DNA of 57,164 nt, filler included, from Sphacelaria rigidula (lineage: Eukaryota), in the NCBI GenBank assembly GCA_964200075.2. It is 5 parts of 5 records of this genome, joined end to end, with 100 filler letters (N's around TTAATTAATTAA, not from the genome) between each part and the next. Parts side by side here need not be neighbours in the genome. Positions count along the whole stretch, not along the records: positions 22,910 to 34,262 come from CAXNAA020005032.1; positions 34,363 to 45,714 come from CAXNAA020005033.1; 3 more parts are not named here. One strand, written 5' to 3'. How positions within the stretch are numbered: the stretch's first letter is position 1; each line of letters opens with the position of its first letter. A program made the translations under genes and the position numbers. The notes under the pieces were generated by a model. The model searched no databases, had not been told where the DNA came from, and was given only the letters and a program-made list of their open reading frames with translations. Below are positions 24,798 through 38,700 of the stretch, piece by piece.

Positions 24798-27700
24798 ATG
24801 TTTGCCCAGTTAATCGGCTTCGCCGTACTGGCCGCTGGCGCAGCCAGTTTAAACTTAACTGGCCAGAGCAGCCAGCTCACAGCCCTACTTTTTTTGTATC
24901 AGATATGTCGCCTAGCTGCTGCGAGCGGACCATATTTGGTGTGCCACCACAGTGTGGATGAAGTAAGGAAAGTGCCCAAATGACAGATCAGCCCGCAGTG
25001 CACTCCTAGATGACATTTTTATTTTCAGGGAATATATACCCCCTATGCTTTAATTTGTTTCTGTTCGTGCTGTTCGCCTCGCAGTCACTTTGGGGTCTCG
25101 ATCATTTGACCAACTTCTAGGTTAGTTATAATGGCGCATCTGAATACTTGTATTGCGGCCGAAAATGCGCTTACCCATTGGATGGGAGCCGAAGATAGCA
25201 CAGCAACAAAGTCGGCGTACTATTAACTGCGGTTACTACTTGTAGAGAAGGGTCCGGTGGAAAATGGCACAAGTAGGTCGACCGAAGTATGCCCGTCCCG
25301 AATACTCCCGTGGAACACAACATCATGGTCTTGCTCAATCGAATGCCAACTACACTTCCCAATGCGGTGTCATAACTATCAGCACAATATTTAAACAGCA
25401 AGTTAGTCTGAGTTTGTCTTACTCGCCCCCCCTCCCCTCCCCTCCCCTCCCAACGCTTCCCCGGGTGTCATTTTCCACTGTTATCATTGTGTGGAGTATC
25501 TAGGTACAAAAAGGTGCTGGAGGAACATCGAATCATCTGGTGGTTTCTCAATTTGGTCTCACACGCGGCGGGTCGGTGACGAGGTTGGACCTCGATCCCT
25601 CCCCACTTGCGGTGTCCACTCCATTTGCGCCGCCGAAGGCAGTGGCGGCAGCAGCGGCGATGACAAAGCCGAAAAGTGTGCGGGATGGGCAGCGGAAGGT
25701 CTGGGGGGAATGGGATTACTCCAGCAGCATGCATCGGCCTAAGCCCACACTGAAGGGTGCCTGGGTTGGTCCCCTCTTATGGCCTAACGAGATCAACCAG
25801 GTGCGAAAGTTACCACGGCTGTAGCACAAGCAAACGTCGAGTCTCTCCCAATGCACTGATACACGGCATCCGACCTGCTTGCTTCTGTCGCTCTTGTCCT
25901 CTGCCAACCGTTTGTGTCAAGGAACCAAACTTTCATCACCACTCCGTTCGTGGTAGTACAAACAGTACCTACAGTCTCAGCCCTATCACTGCTTCACTGT
26001 TTTGTCACGGTACATGCTTATTTCCCCGCAACATGATAATTGAAAAAACAAAACGCGATAGGTGCCGACGTCGGCGCTACTGCGACTCGCACGGGGCAAA
26101 AAGGCCGAGCGTCGGTACCTAGGGCAGCAAGAAGAGAAGCGACGGCAGGAAAACGAAGCGTACGAAAAACAGCAGCGGTCAAAAGCGCGAGAGGCGCTCC
26201 GGCAGCAGGACGTCGCTCGCCCGCACTACGGCCGCAAGGCGGAGCGTAAGATCGACGAGCTCACGCGTTTGCCTCTGCCTCCTTCTACAACGCCTCCTGC
26301 TCCTGCTCTTACTTCCCCTGCTACTTCACTTGATGATGCTGGTGTTCCTGAATCTACGGCAGTCGTTGCTCCGTCACACGGAAAATCACTGCCGCCGGTG
26401 ACGTTGCCACCGTTGCGGGTGTCGGCGGCGGCAAGGGTAGCAGCGGTAGCAACAACGGATTATGGCGGTAGAAATGCCGATTACAGTGCTTGTAGTGGTG
26501 ACGGATTGCCTATGGACTGTACCGGAGAAGTCGAGGATTATTACGGAGTGTCTACAGACTTGGACAAGGATGCGGGCGATGCTGATGTCGAGTTATTGAT
26601 GCAATATCTTGGGGATTTCGCTGATGATGATCTTGCTGCCGCTACTGCTGCTGATGGTAATGGTGATGATAACGCCGGCTTATTATCAGATTACGACACA
26701 GTTTCTGGTGGTGTAAGTGTCAACAGTGCCGCGCTATTGCCGGATTATGATGGAACTCTTGATGGTGATAATGATGATGGTGATGATAATAATGGTAGTG
26801 ATGCCGTCGATTCATTGCCGGATTTTCCGGAGGAACAAGGCGTGCTGGTGGCGGATGGATTTCTCATGCCCGGAAAGGCGGACGGCGGCGTATACATGGT
26901 GCTACCCCCCGATTCGGAGGCGATAGGCGCGGACGAAAAGATTGTCCGTCTCACCGGGTATAGGAGGTAAGGCGCGGCGGCGGCAGTAGCAGCGGGTGTT
27001 TCGCGCGAGCTATAAACTTTCCCTTCAGTATCAATCGTTTGTCCCGTTTTTTCAAGTGTAAAAAGGTCGTGTGCTCACGCACCCCACGACGATGTGTCGA
27101 GGGCGGCATTGTGGGGATCGGTGCTGTGTTTGCGCGCGCGAGCCGTTCGGCATGGTTCATGATATTGACGTTTTTATTAATGGGGATTTTTGTGGGGCCC
27201 CAGAAGAGTTTTCTCTTGTGTCTCAGGGCAGCAGCACTCTGGAGTTTGCACGAGCTCTCGCGGTCTCGCACGCCAGCATTTGGTTTGTTGAAATGAAATT
27301 AGAGTGAGATTGTTTTTCCCGACGAGCCCCGGAAAGGTGCACCATGTCTCGTCGGGAAGTGGACATGATCAGGAGCGTCCGGTACTGCTCTGTCTTCGCC
27401 ATCGGTTTGCATGTGTCATGCTGCTGTCGTTTGTGCGTGCATGCATGTGTGCTGAGCAGCTGTCTGCTGCAACTGTAATAACCGTCTGTACCGTTGCACA
27501 GTGGCATACTGGCTGCATTGGACCATCTGTTGCTGCATCGTGCATGTCTTTTCCCGATTATCATTCGTACACTTTATTGTTTGGTCGTACTCCTCGGTGT
27601 CACCTTTTCCGTTCTCTTTTTTTTTTTTTTGTGGTGGTACGACGTTAGCTTTCCCGTTTTCGCCGTCATTCCCATGCGAATAATTGTCCACGAACCTCTG

Positions 27701-30700
27701 CATCGCATGAAAACGTCATTTCATGATGGTCACTTAATCAGTGCAGCGTCACATCAAGAAAACCGCATTGCTGTTTTCGAAATACTAACAGCTGTATGTC
27801 AGCGCGCACCCACGTGCGGGCCCCTCTGTCTGGACGCGTCTTCAGCCGCCAGCGTGACGAGGGCTGTCTCTCTCTCGTTCGCTCACACACCGCAACACAT
27901 AGCAATCCAAGCACATACTATTAGAGACTTTCGGAAAAGACTTTTTTGTTATGTCAGAGTGCAAACATCTCAGGATCGGAGTGTAATAAAATTTATTTCC
28001 CCCTCCGTCAAATGTGGTATCCCCTTAACTTTTTTCGGTAAGTTTTTATTTTATTATTCTGCACTCTGATGAGATATTTGCACTCTGAAATGACAAAAAA
28101 AGCGTTTCCCGAAACTCTCTATTATATATGGTGTACTGTAAAAGCGTTTTTCGAAACTCTCTATTATATGTTGCGTACTGAACAATAAATTATGTTCGCT
28201 CTCAGACCGACCGCGGCAGATTGTTTTTTTGGAGCTATGAGAGCTCATTAAAATATTCACAACGTTATGATGAGGTGAAAATATAGACAGATATTCTCTC
28301 TCCGGGACCTGTTTACTATCACAGGGTGCGAGAACAAAACACGCGAAACTTCTACATTAGACTGACCCAATTGCACTCGGACGCTCACCCTGATCCTAAC
28401 CCCGAAGATGGTTACCCAGCTCTCGGGCAGTGACCGTCTTCTACGGTAGTAAAACAAGGGTGGGTTGTCCTGGCTGGGCGCTGGAGTAAAAGTGTATTGC
28501 TGTACAGGAGTTTCCCTGTATCCGTACACAGGGGTTCCCCTGCATCCACAGTCAAGCGCGTGTTACGAAAAACCGAGTAAAAGCCTCCATGAAGATCAGG
28601 ATTTGGTCTCGTGCCGGCAACCATCCGGGCGTACCGCTCTTTTTAGGGGGTCGAGTTTTGAGGCGAGGGTGGATCGGGTGTTTTCTAGCTGTTGAATCGA
28701 CACCATTCTCACTGGAATAATGAGTACGAGGCCCGGATCACCCACGTGGCGGTCGAAGGGTTACCAATAATCCGAGCACAGCAGAGCCACCATTCATGGT
28801 ACGGCACATCCGCGGTACAATCCAGGCCACGTTTTCGAGATTTCCGAGTTCAAAACATGAAAAAAAAAAAACGCTTTGACCGCGACCCCCCCCGCAGATG
28901 ACCTCCCATGACCCATGCCATATTTGAGGTTCAAAACAGCTGTTTTTCCGAACGAATAAAAACGCGTTTTTTCAAGTGAATGTTCCCCTCCCTCACCCCC
29001 CTGGATACCCATGAATGTCCCTGGACTGTAAGCCGGCGATCTGTTCCGAGGCGAGGCTCGCAGTGAAAGGATTTGAGAGTCCAACATCTGACAGGGAACG
29101 CCTAACGGTTCCAATTTCACGAAGTGAATTTGGTTTCTGCTCCGGGTAAAAAATCGACACACCGGTTTTTCGCGACTCGAGTTTTGCGATCGAGTTTTGC
29201 TAGATTTTTCCACTCTAAAACCCCTATCGATTTTGTTTCTTTGAGGAACACTTTGTCAAACATAAACCAAATGCTTCTTGCTCCAAGGGGCACCTGGACA
29301 CACAGCAGCTGCTGCTGCCTACCTAGTATCATCCTCCAAGTCGAAGTCTTCAGTGAAAACGCCCAACGTGCAGCTGCTTGACGCAAGCACTGCGTCCTGC
29401 CACGGACCCATCCCCACGTACCCGACAAGGGGGCAACATCCCCGTAAAGACAGTAGCAATGCTAGCGAATCCTACGTCCTGACCGTCTGGCAGCTGGGAA
29501 GGTGGTTATTGTAGTGTCTTTCTAGCGATATCAACTTACATTGCACTGGAGCAGAGTTTGCAGGTGAATATTTTGGCGATGACCTCACCTGCAGTTCGGC
29601 CAGATGTTGCGATTTTTTTTTCATGATCTCACTGAGTAACATTACATACATTTACATGTGGAAATGTACCAGACCCTGCATTATATGTGGAAATACACCA
29701 GACCGTGGACAAAGATTTCTACAGTCAAAACGAACACGATGCTGAAAGTGTATTGCGCACAGTGTGTTGTATATGTTGTCGTCCCATCTATTCTCGACGC
29801 CGGTCTCCACGTTTCGGTGTATGTGGGCGCACCAGCCGCGGCTGTGTTACCACCCAGCTTCGCCCAAGATACAGGCAGCCATCGCAGCGGCGGAGGCGGC
29901 CTTTTACTCCTGCGTGCGCCACCTGGGGCAAACGCACGCTGTAGCTGCAACACGGGCGACTTTACAAAATGTGGTGTAGCGATATAGCGCGTAGCGAGGG
30001 GTGATATACTGCGTACACGTTGGCCGCAGGTACAAGTGACTGCGTTCCTGATGTGGCGAACTGCATAGGACAGCGCAAATTCAATGCACGACAGGGATAG
30101 GTTAAGGATGTGACGTCCTGCGGTGTGCTTCGTCACCCTGCATCCTGCTGCTGTGCATTGAGCTGGTAGTACCGCCGAAGGCGTCAGGCTGCGCTAGGTA
30201 CGCAGTGTCGAACACAGTAGCAAGCAGCATATTTCATGTACATGGATGTTTGTTTGAAGACCGATGCGCACACACAGCAAGTACTATCGCTACCATCCAT
30301 CGATCAGGGGGGCACCCCGCCTCCTCAAATAGGGTACCAGGGGTTCCCCCCCCGCCTCCGCTCCTGCGGCCCCAGAATGAGATTTGGGCGATCTGGGGGG
30401 AAGGGGGGGTCGTGCAGTCATTTCCCGATATGGGGCCCCTCGGCCCAGCGTGCAGCTGCTTGACGCTTGATGCTTTCTCCTGTCTTCCCGAGAAACAGCA
30501 GTTAGCAACTTGTAGTCTATGGCATACCGGGCAGCAAGTCCTGTACGTGTACTTATAAACAGGCATGGTAGTGACTGGGACTAGTGCGGGACGACCTAGC
30601 GGGAATTTTCCGGAAAACGGCTCGCGTCTCAGCGCCGGCTTGCTGCGGGCCCTTGCGAATGTAGGGCGACGGCGATGACACGAACACGATTTATGCTTCA

Positions 30701-32685
30701 ATACAACTTTACGCTTCCGTGCAACGACGCATCACCATACCCCGCGTGCGTGCGGCAGACCTTCATTTTAGAGCCACTCCCGACAAGGGCTCAGCCGAGA
30801 CCACTCCGGTTTCACCGCCGCAATCTAAGACCGCAGCATCACAAACACCAAAGTAAATTGAAATTGGAAGCGCTCTGGGCACAGGGCAATCTATCTATAC
30901 ACAACATTGGTGAAGTCGGACTTGAGCCTGAGCTCTGGAACAGTGTAGTAAATGGAACCCAGCACCAGCGTCGATTATGCATCCGTATTTGCTGAGTTCG
31001 TGGACGGATGGTTTCCTCCCCGCTGTCGTGGCGCCAGCTGCCCCAGCATACGGGTGATTTGATGGGTGCGCCGATCTAAATGTAGGCAGCATTGCACCTG
31101 GTGGCGTCGGTACAGTACTCCAAGGGCAGGTCTGGTGGGGTATACCCGATATTGTGGTATAGTGAAAAGTAGAAATCCGATTCATGCCCACAGCAGCAGC
31201 CCGCCCAGTGCTGTTGTTCCCCTCTCTAGAAAGAAGCCCATATAAATCATTGTGGCGGACGTCGGCAGGTGATGTGAGACTTTTTAAACTACCGAAATTC
31301 CGGGTATATTGTACCCTACCCGACCTGCCCTTGCAGTACTCCGATGCGAATCCTCACATTACTGCAATCCAGTACTCCGGCCGTGCAGCCGTTTTCCTCG
31401 CAGTACTTTAGTACAGTTCTCCGGTTGTGCAGCCGTTCCACGACTGTACGGTACAGCCTGCACTCCCGAGAACAAACCCACTGGCTGCTCAGGTCGCCGT
31501 TCCGCACGGATGCTAATGCGTCCGCATACCAAGCTCTCAGCGTACTAATTGACAATCGCTTCGATGATGTTCGGTATCGCTGGCAAAGCCATTCCAAGCA
31601 CTGACCTTTCAGGTTCTGTTCAGCCTCCGTTACCTCAAACAGATGGATTCACTTTAATTCAATCGGTTGATTCGAAACTCTCTCGCTCCCACAAAACATG
31701 TGCTCCTTCGACTGGAAACATATATCGCATTTGGGCGGGGGATGCATGATAGCGCAGGGGAAGAGAAAACAGTCGTCTTCGGGGATTGATTCCTACCCTT
31801 GATTTAGGAATAATATTCGTCGTTTCGACCTATACCGCGCGAAATGGCAATGCCCTTGGATGATGTAGAAGTGCTTTTTACGTTACGTGAAATACGAAGA
31901 TAAAAGAAGAAAAAAAACAGTTCCCTAGCCGGGGATCTAATAAACGCATCCCCCCTTCCAGATATGATCACATAGGTGGGTATGTACCGTTTAGACCTGT
32001 TGAAAACAAATAACAATGCACCTAAACACACGCGCCCATCAATGAAACGTGTTTTTACGGTCGGAATATGGTTCTTTCCTTGATTCAAGTCAGCACTGGA
32101 CCCGCGAGACTTCGGCCTAGGTTACCGTGGAAGTGCCCCGCGGTACGAGCAGCGCGGACATTCGTACGTGTGTTGAGTGTTTACTTCGGTGAACATTTAG
32201 AAGGGGCTCCGTGACATGGAAGGCTGGGGTTCCATTTTTGTCGTGTTTAAGAAATTGGACGAGATAGAGGCTACTTTTCTGTTTGTGTCCACGGGTATTG
32301 GACGAGGAAATGATGTATTGTCATATATATACAGTATACAGAGTATCTTGGAATCGTTCTCCTGAGCGTGGTGGCGGACGCCGCCGAAAACATTGTTTTT
32401 TATGTAGTCGGGTGCTGAGTTCGCTGCTTTCTTGTTTGTCGGAATGCCCGCAGAGGTGCGGCCGACCCATGGCTTCGGCTAGCTTGCGCCCGCCGTGAGT
32501 GCTCAATCGTCGCCGCCTTTGGAATTGTGTTGTTGATATGTTCGATGTGTATCAGGGGCTGGTTTTACCACAAGGCGGTGTGGCTGGTGCTTCCCGGAGG
32601 CAAAAAGGTGGTGCTGACTGCAAGGGTGCACAAGCCCTTGTTCGGCAACGCGCAGGGTGAACTGGTGCTTCTGGAGATGCCGCAG
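24798..32685 (+). CDS. probable secreted FG-GAP/VCBS-like beta-propeller protein, 4 exons seen, 3' partial
   Basis: Exons 24798-24962 (signal-peptide-like MFAQLIGFAVLAAGAA..|gtaagg), 25504-25800 (..LVVSQFG..LLWPNEINQ|gtgcga), 26062-26966 (VP..insertion..GVLVADGFLMPGKADGGVY..LTGYR|gtaagg, phase 2), 32556-32685 (R-GWFYHKAVWLVLPGGKKVVLTARVHKPLFGNAQGELVLLEMPQ|gtacgt). Phases are all compatible. The WPNE / DGFL.PGK / GWFYH / LTAR..KP..G..GEL...E.P series matches a widespread uncharacterised propeller family as I recall it. The first exon is the least certain. Confidence 0.7.
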
Positions 32686-33192
32686 GTACGTTTGTTGTTG
32701 TTGTTGTTGTTGTTGTTGTTATTGATACTGCATGGTGTACTCCGGTCTTCGGCGTTTGTTTTCACCTCGTTCAAGTTCTTATGCGGGCGTGCGATTTTAG
32801 CCGCACTGGCCGTCGCGTCATGACGAGGGTGTTATATATATATTATATATATATATACCCTCACTATCCCGAAGGTTTTAGGGTCTTCGGGTTTACAGGG
32901 AGCGTTTAGGCCAACAGCGTGTGTGTACAACACTAATGTTGGTATCACTGGAAGCTAAATAGAAAACACCCGAGGTATATTTTTGGTTTCTAAATTCAGG
33001 TCAAGGATGATCAATTTTATGAATATTTTGCCAACATTTTTGGGACAGAGAAAGTGTATTTGTGTTTTTTGTTTCTCTTTTCCACGACCAACAGAGGACG
33101 ATCGTCGTCAAAATTTGGGCTGGTTAAGCTGTCAGCATTCGGGGCCACACCCACCCACACAAGTTGCAGATGCACATCCTTCCCCCCCCCGT

Positions 33193-33250
33193 ACAGAACA
33201 GAACAGAACAGAACGGAGCGGAACGGAACGGAACAGAACGGAACAGAACA
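33193..33250. repeat. (GAACA/GAACG)n pentanucleotide microsatellite
   Basis: Direct reading. Confidence 0.9.
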
Positions 33251-33327
33251 GGTTCGTTGTCGTGAACGTTGCTCTGAAAGATCGCAAGATTGATTGTTAG
33301 TTGACACCGGATATCACATCGTAGTGC

Positions 33328-33688
33328 GCACACTTGTGTTTGTGTTGTCACCCCATCTATTCTGCACCCCGGTCTTCACCTTCAGATATATATGTGGGCG
33401 CACCGGCCGGGGTCACAGAGGAAGGCCAACACAACAGTTTCTTCTTTCTCGTTTGTCACAGTTCTCCACCTTCCTTCTGTTGTGCGTGCCTTTCTTGTTT
33501 TATCGCGAGAGGAGTTCAACAGTCCTTTTTCCTCGTCGACCATCAAGTCGAATTTTGTGTACCCACGACATAATCGCTCTCCACTGTTGGGCATTGTGTG
33601 GAAAAATATCCCACTTCGCTCCGAGATTCGAACCCACGACCCAATTGTCAGAAGGTCTCGAGGTTATCAACTGAGCCACTGAAGCGAC
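33328..33688 (-). mobile_element. tRNA-derived SINE
   Basis: Minus-strand head GTGGCTCAGTTG (A box) ... GGTTCGAATCTC (B box) at 33615-33688, followed by a body shared with ~29755-29845 and ~45360-45545 (opposite orientation). Confidence 0.75.
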
Positions 33689-33749
33689 TGTACTCGCAGC
33701 TTGTTGTTTTAACCCTTTTGGGACCGACCCCCCACTAACACAGGGTTGA

Positions 33750-34055
33750 CCCTGTGTTAGTGAAATAATTAAAAACAAGTCTTCGAGCGACCTGCCCAAT
33801 CACGGCGAAGCGAACTTTATCGACCAGACCCGAACGACCAGTGCTTGGGTTGTTGGCGAGTATGATGCCACTGTAAAGATCGTGTGGGGACCCTATCCCT
33901 GGCCCAGATAAGCCTTCGCAGGTTTCCAAGCGCAGGGCGGTTGAAGCTTGGTTATATGATATGACTTGCACTCAGTGTACCGTTCCCGAGTTTTCCGGTG
34001 GGTTTATTGGGTCTCAATTTCCTACTAAAACGTAGTAATTTACACTAACACAGGG
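33750..34055. mobile_element. piggyBac-like MITE
   Basis: CCCTGTGTTAGTG...CACTAACACAGGG TIRs flanked by TTGA/TGGA (degenerate TTAA); abuts a mini-element ttaa-CCCT..CAGGG at 33713-33745. Confidence 0.55.
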
Positions 34056-34262
34056 TGGACCGGAAAATGCCGGGAAGGAGTGTACATGCTACCATGTGGT
34101 CTTTTTCACCACGCCCTAAAACCAGGTGGGCCGTGGAAAGACAAAAGGATCTACGGTCATGAGTTCTGCTTATCCCTCTGGTAATGACTTGCAGGGTGCA
34201 GTCAACATGTGTGTAGTGGGCGGGGATGAAGAAGCGGCATATAGGCAGTTGATCTCGGTAGC

Positions 34263-34362
34263 NNNNNNNNNNNNNNNNNNNNNNNNNNNNNNNNNNNNNN
34301 NNNNNNTTAATTAATTAANNNNNNNNNNNNNNNNNNNNNNNNNNNNNNNNNNNNNNNNNNNN
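34263..34362. other. artificial contig linker
   Basis: N44-TTAATTAATTAA-N44. Confidence 0.98.
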
Positions 34363-35062
34363 GGGGAGAGAGTGGGGGGGGGGGGGGCCGGGGGGGGGGG
34401 GGGGGGCGCGGGGGGTGGGGGGGGGGGGGGGGGGGGGGTAAGGCCGTGCTTTTCACATCGCGAATGCACTACTGCGATGCATAAACTCAGGCGTCGACCT
34501 TGATTCCTGGGCGACTAACAACATCGAAATGTGTTTCAAATAGGGTGGGTTGGGGGTAGGGGGGTTAGGGCAACAAGATGAGTGAGGAACATGCTCCTTC
34601 CGTACGTGCTGTATGTACTGTTGTTGGGACATGAGGGCATACCCAGAAAATGTTCTCTTTCCGTTGCACAAGGCGTAGGATTCCATAACGAGAGCGCAGG
34701 AATAGAAATGCGTCTGTTATAAGAGACACTAACTACTACGGGAGACGTCATGGTACGAGCTTCATATCGTGTCGAACTCGTCACGCACATGAGTGTGCAT
34801 CGAATTATCCGCGCCCTCGCAAAATACGGACATAAATACTACCCCGGTTGATGTACACACACACACACACATTGCTCATCGTTTGATGGCGACACGTTCG
34901 AAGACTAAAGTGGTCCAACCAACATGGAACATGAGACGTGGAGGAAGTGTTGTGTCCTTTCTGCGTGTAAGTACTATATACTACGAGCACTACGCGAACG
35001 TCTGCCGTTGAACAACTCGTAGCCACTTTTCCCTATCCAATTGCACGCACACATGCACAAAC

Positions 35063-35679
35063 CTTCTGGAGAGTCTGGCGCTGAACGGCCGTAGGCAGGA
35101 GCTCCAGAGTGCGGTAGCCTGCAATCTGAAACGCGGCGGTTGCGGCGGAGGCGGCAGCCGGTGAACCGGTATTGCTGCCGGTGACACTGGTAGCGCTGGT
35201 CGTGGCAGCTGATATGCTAGAACCCACAGAGCCAAGAGAAGTGGAGGAACCGACAGAGCCGGCCACGGAGAGAACCGAAGACTCGGAGTCCACGCTGGTC
35301 ACGCTCGACCTACGGGGGCGGGCTGCGCCCGGCGCGCGGGAGGTAGCGATGGGCATGAACGACGGTGTCGCGGTCGGCGAGAGAGGGGGGCGTCCGGACG
35401 GTTGCGACGACAGGCCAGGAGGGGTCATGAGGGTGATATTTTCTTGGTGCAGCTGGTTGCGGCGGTGGTTGTGGTGATGGTTGTGGCTGCGGCTGTACTG
35501 CTCTTGTTCTTGCTGTTGCTGGTGTTGGCAGCGACAGGTGTGGTTGCTTCTAGTCGGTGTTGTGTAAAGGAAGCTCTTGTCCGACCGCTCCAGGCCGCGC
35601 GCGCCGTTCTTGTTGTAGCTGTAGTTGTCGTTGACACCGTAGTTGTGGTTGCTGTTGCTTTCGGACCATCGAGAGATCG

Positions 35680-35721
<42 letters not shown>

Positions 35722-38700
35722 GTAGGTAGTGTTGCTGCTGAGATGACGTGGTGCCGCGGGGAGGGGACAGCGATGTCTGCGTAGCCGCGGTGCTCCTCGA
35801 CGAGAGCACAGGAGATAACGAAAAAGAGGACGAGAGCGAGCAGTTGCTGCCGTAAGCGGACGACACCGACGAGGAGGAGGGAGAGGCGAACAGCTTGGCT
35901 GCTGACGAAAGGGGCGGCAGGTGGCCACTTGCGGTCGTCGTGTCTCCGACGTTGGTGTCCAGACTGCCGATGCTACCCGTGCTGCTCGAAAAGGAACTCC
36001 CCAAGTCCAAATCCGCGTCAGTATCCTCGCCCGTGTCCACGTTCTTCGGAACATAGCCTGCAAGTTCAAGTAAAATAAGCAATATATACATACACACATG
36101 TAGATGCGGACCGAAAGACATAAAACATTGACTTATTGAAAAACACAATTAACACTGTAGGAGACACGGAAGGGGCGAGGGTGCATGAAAGAAAAAAATC
36201 GTCTACAAGTACGCCAGGGTACTCTAAAACCAAGAAAGATACGTGTACACAAGTTCATTTGAACGGTTTCGCCGCCCAGAAGAGACATCGCAATGCCGGG
36301 GTACATCACTACTGTAGCAATAAAGGTCAGACTGTTCCGTATCAATTCACACAATCCTCGCAAGTAACGAGCTCTCAAGAACTGCAACAAATCCAGGGTT
36401 CGCTCACTCCGAAGGGGGGGGGGGGGGGGGGGGGCCCAGGAACCTGGCACACTGGAGAACAAAAGACGGGGGTGGGGANNNNNNNNNNCGCACACCGGAC
36501 ACGGCCGCGGGCGGGAACGCGCGGGGGGGGGGGTGGCGGGGGGGGGGGGGGGGGGGGGCGGGCGCAGGAACTGGGCACACTGGTCAACACACGACGTGGC
36601 TGGAGACAAGAAGTCAATGACAACATAAAACAGTCTACAAGTCTGATAGACTGGCAGCAACAAACATGTACGTGAACGGGGGGCATGAGGTGGACTGGAA
36701 AGGGCGTTTTGCGGGGATGCCACGATTATTGCGAGCTATATTTTCCAAAAAAATCCCGCGTCACATCCCGTATACCAGAAGCATTCGAAGCCATAAGTAC
36801 ACGAAGCCATTTTCGGGGTAATCGTTGGGTAAGGCTTCTTCCTTCCTCCAAGGGACGAAAAAAAAACGGAAGCACTCGAGCGTAAACGCGTAAAAGTGGT
36901 GCTACCTGAATGTTCGGCTCTGGTCTGGGTAACCTCGCGGGTGCACGAGGAAAGTGTCGTTGTGCACCCCAATACTGGCGTACATTTGTTTGAGGACAGG
37001 GTGTGATGCTCCTTTCTTTGAAAGAATCGAGTGCACGGGACACTTGATCGGAGACACACAGCTACAGAGCAACGGCGCACGAACTCGAATCACGTCGTGT
37101 GGGGCAAAGCGCGGCAGCTACTGCAGTTGAGCGTTTCCCCCCGATAGTTCAAGTGTGTTGGCTCGCGGGTTGCCACGTGGCGGTCCGAAATGAGAATAAT
37201 CGTATCTAAAAAATACGAAGATAATATAGTATAGTACTGGTACACGTAGTATGTAGTTACGAGAACAAGAAGGTATAATGCAGAAGGATATTGACACTTT
37301 AAACCGTATGCTATGTGCGGTATGCACCACCGAGCGTTGGGAATTGGGAAAAACAGCAGTATGAAAACAGAGGATGGGACCACGGCGCGTGACGCTTTTT
37401 TTGGTATTCAAAGTATCGCTTCGATTTTACATCGAAAGCTGTCTGCTCGTACTTTTAACACGTGTCGCTCGTACTGGGAGGGGCGGGGAAGGCGGTTGGT
37501 GAGGAAGTATGAGTTCCCTCTCGTCTCGATATTTTGGCATACACGGTGCACATATTCTCGCCGGCACGGAGAAAGGGAACAACATTTACTACTGAACGTT
37601 ATGCGTTTTGCATTACGGTTATTGGCAGCGTGCTGCGTAGTGTCGACTCAACATAACCTACCAACTATTCCGTCCTCTTCTCTCAACAACAATAAACGGA
37701 TCCGCAAACTTTCTAATTACTGTTTCATCCATGAATCGGCGCTTGTAGTCTGTCTCAACGGGTGACATTACGACAAATAAGTCAACAGAGCAAAGATGTC
37801 TGCACACGCTGAGACAGAGGAGGAAGTGAGAAACGTCCGCTATCTTCCACATGCAGGGTGGCGATGAAGCAGAGTACATCACCTGCTTCAAGCGGTGTTG
37901 TTTATTGTTTTCGACCCTTAGCACTCTAGCGCGGAGGAATAAAAATGCTATTCACTGTATGCGCAAAAGAGAGGAACTGCCACTGTTATCGGTTGCACTG
38001 CCTTTTGCGGCCAGATGCTGTGATCGCTGCAGTAAGGGACATTCTATAATTATACTGCGGTTTGATCTGCACTGCACTGTACTATACTGTACACACAGCA
38101 TAGCGTACGGTACAGCATCAAACAAACTCGCAGGAGAAAACTAGCCGGTTAGTTCTGCGGGTAGTTTACTCCTAGTTGTATTTGTGCTGATGCACACGTC
38201 TATTTTTCGAGAAAGCACACACCGAAGGGCACAACAACAGTACAGTAGCGGATGGCAGTTCACCACAGAGGACAGAGACGTCTGCTAGATTGTTCGGCAG
38301 TTTTGGGCTGCGACCCGCTCAAGTTCACGAATTCCTGCACCAGCAACTGCTCTGCTGCTGAGAAACCAAGAGGCCGGCTGTGAGTAAAAAATAAATGCAC
38401 GTTAGGTTCTCAGATTCGGCTCGGTGATCGTGCGCAACTGGACGCAACTACACTTCTACTGTCGTTCTACTACAGTTCAACATTATACCACCTTCTTGTA
38501 CTGTATAATTGAGACTTCATCTGCATGTGATGCAGGTGTGTTTTTTCAATAAGTGCGAAAAGCTACCCGTCGGTGATGCGCCCCTCTTTATACCCCCCGC
38601 CGACTGGCTGTTTCCAACCAAAAACGTGAAGCAAACACTCCCGCACACCAAAAGCTATACGACCTTGTGTGTACAGCACAGTTCAGTACCCGGGGGGTAC

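Noticed and set aside
22234-24798. Joining exons or calling gene clusters across linkers
   Set aside because: The contigs are size-sorted and unrelated
33615-33688. tRNA gene on the minus strand
   Set aside because: A/B boxes are present but there is no convincing cloverleaf, and it is attached to a multicopy body, so it is called as a SINE head
34363-34440. G-rich tracts as G-quadruplexes (also 36415-36565)
   Set aside because: Adjacent to a contig end or N gap; likely low-quality poly-G sequence
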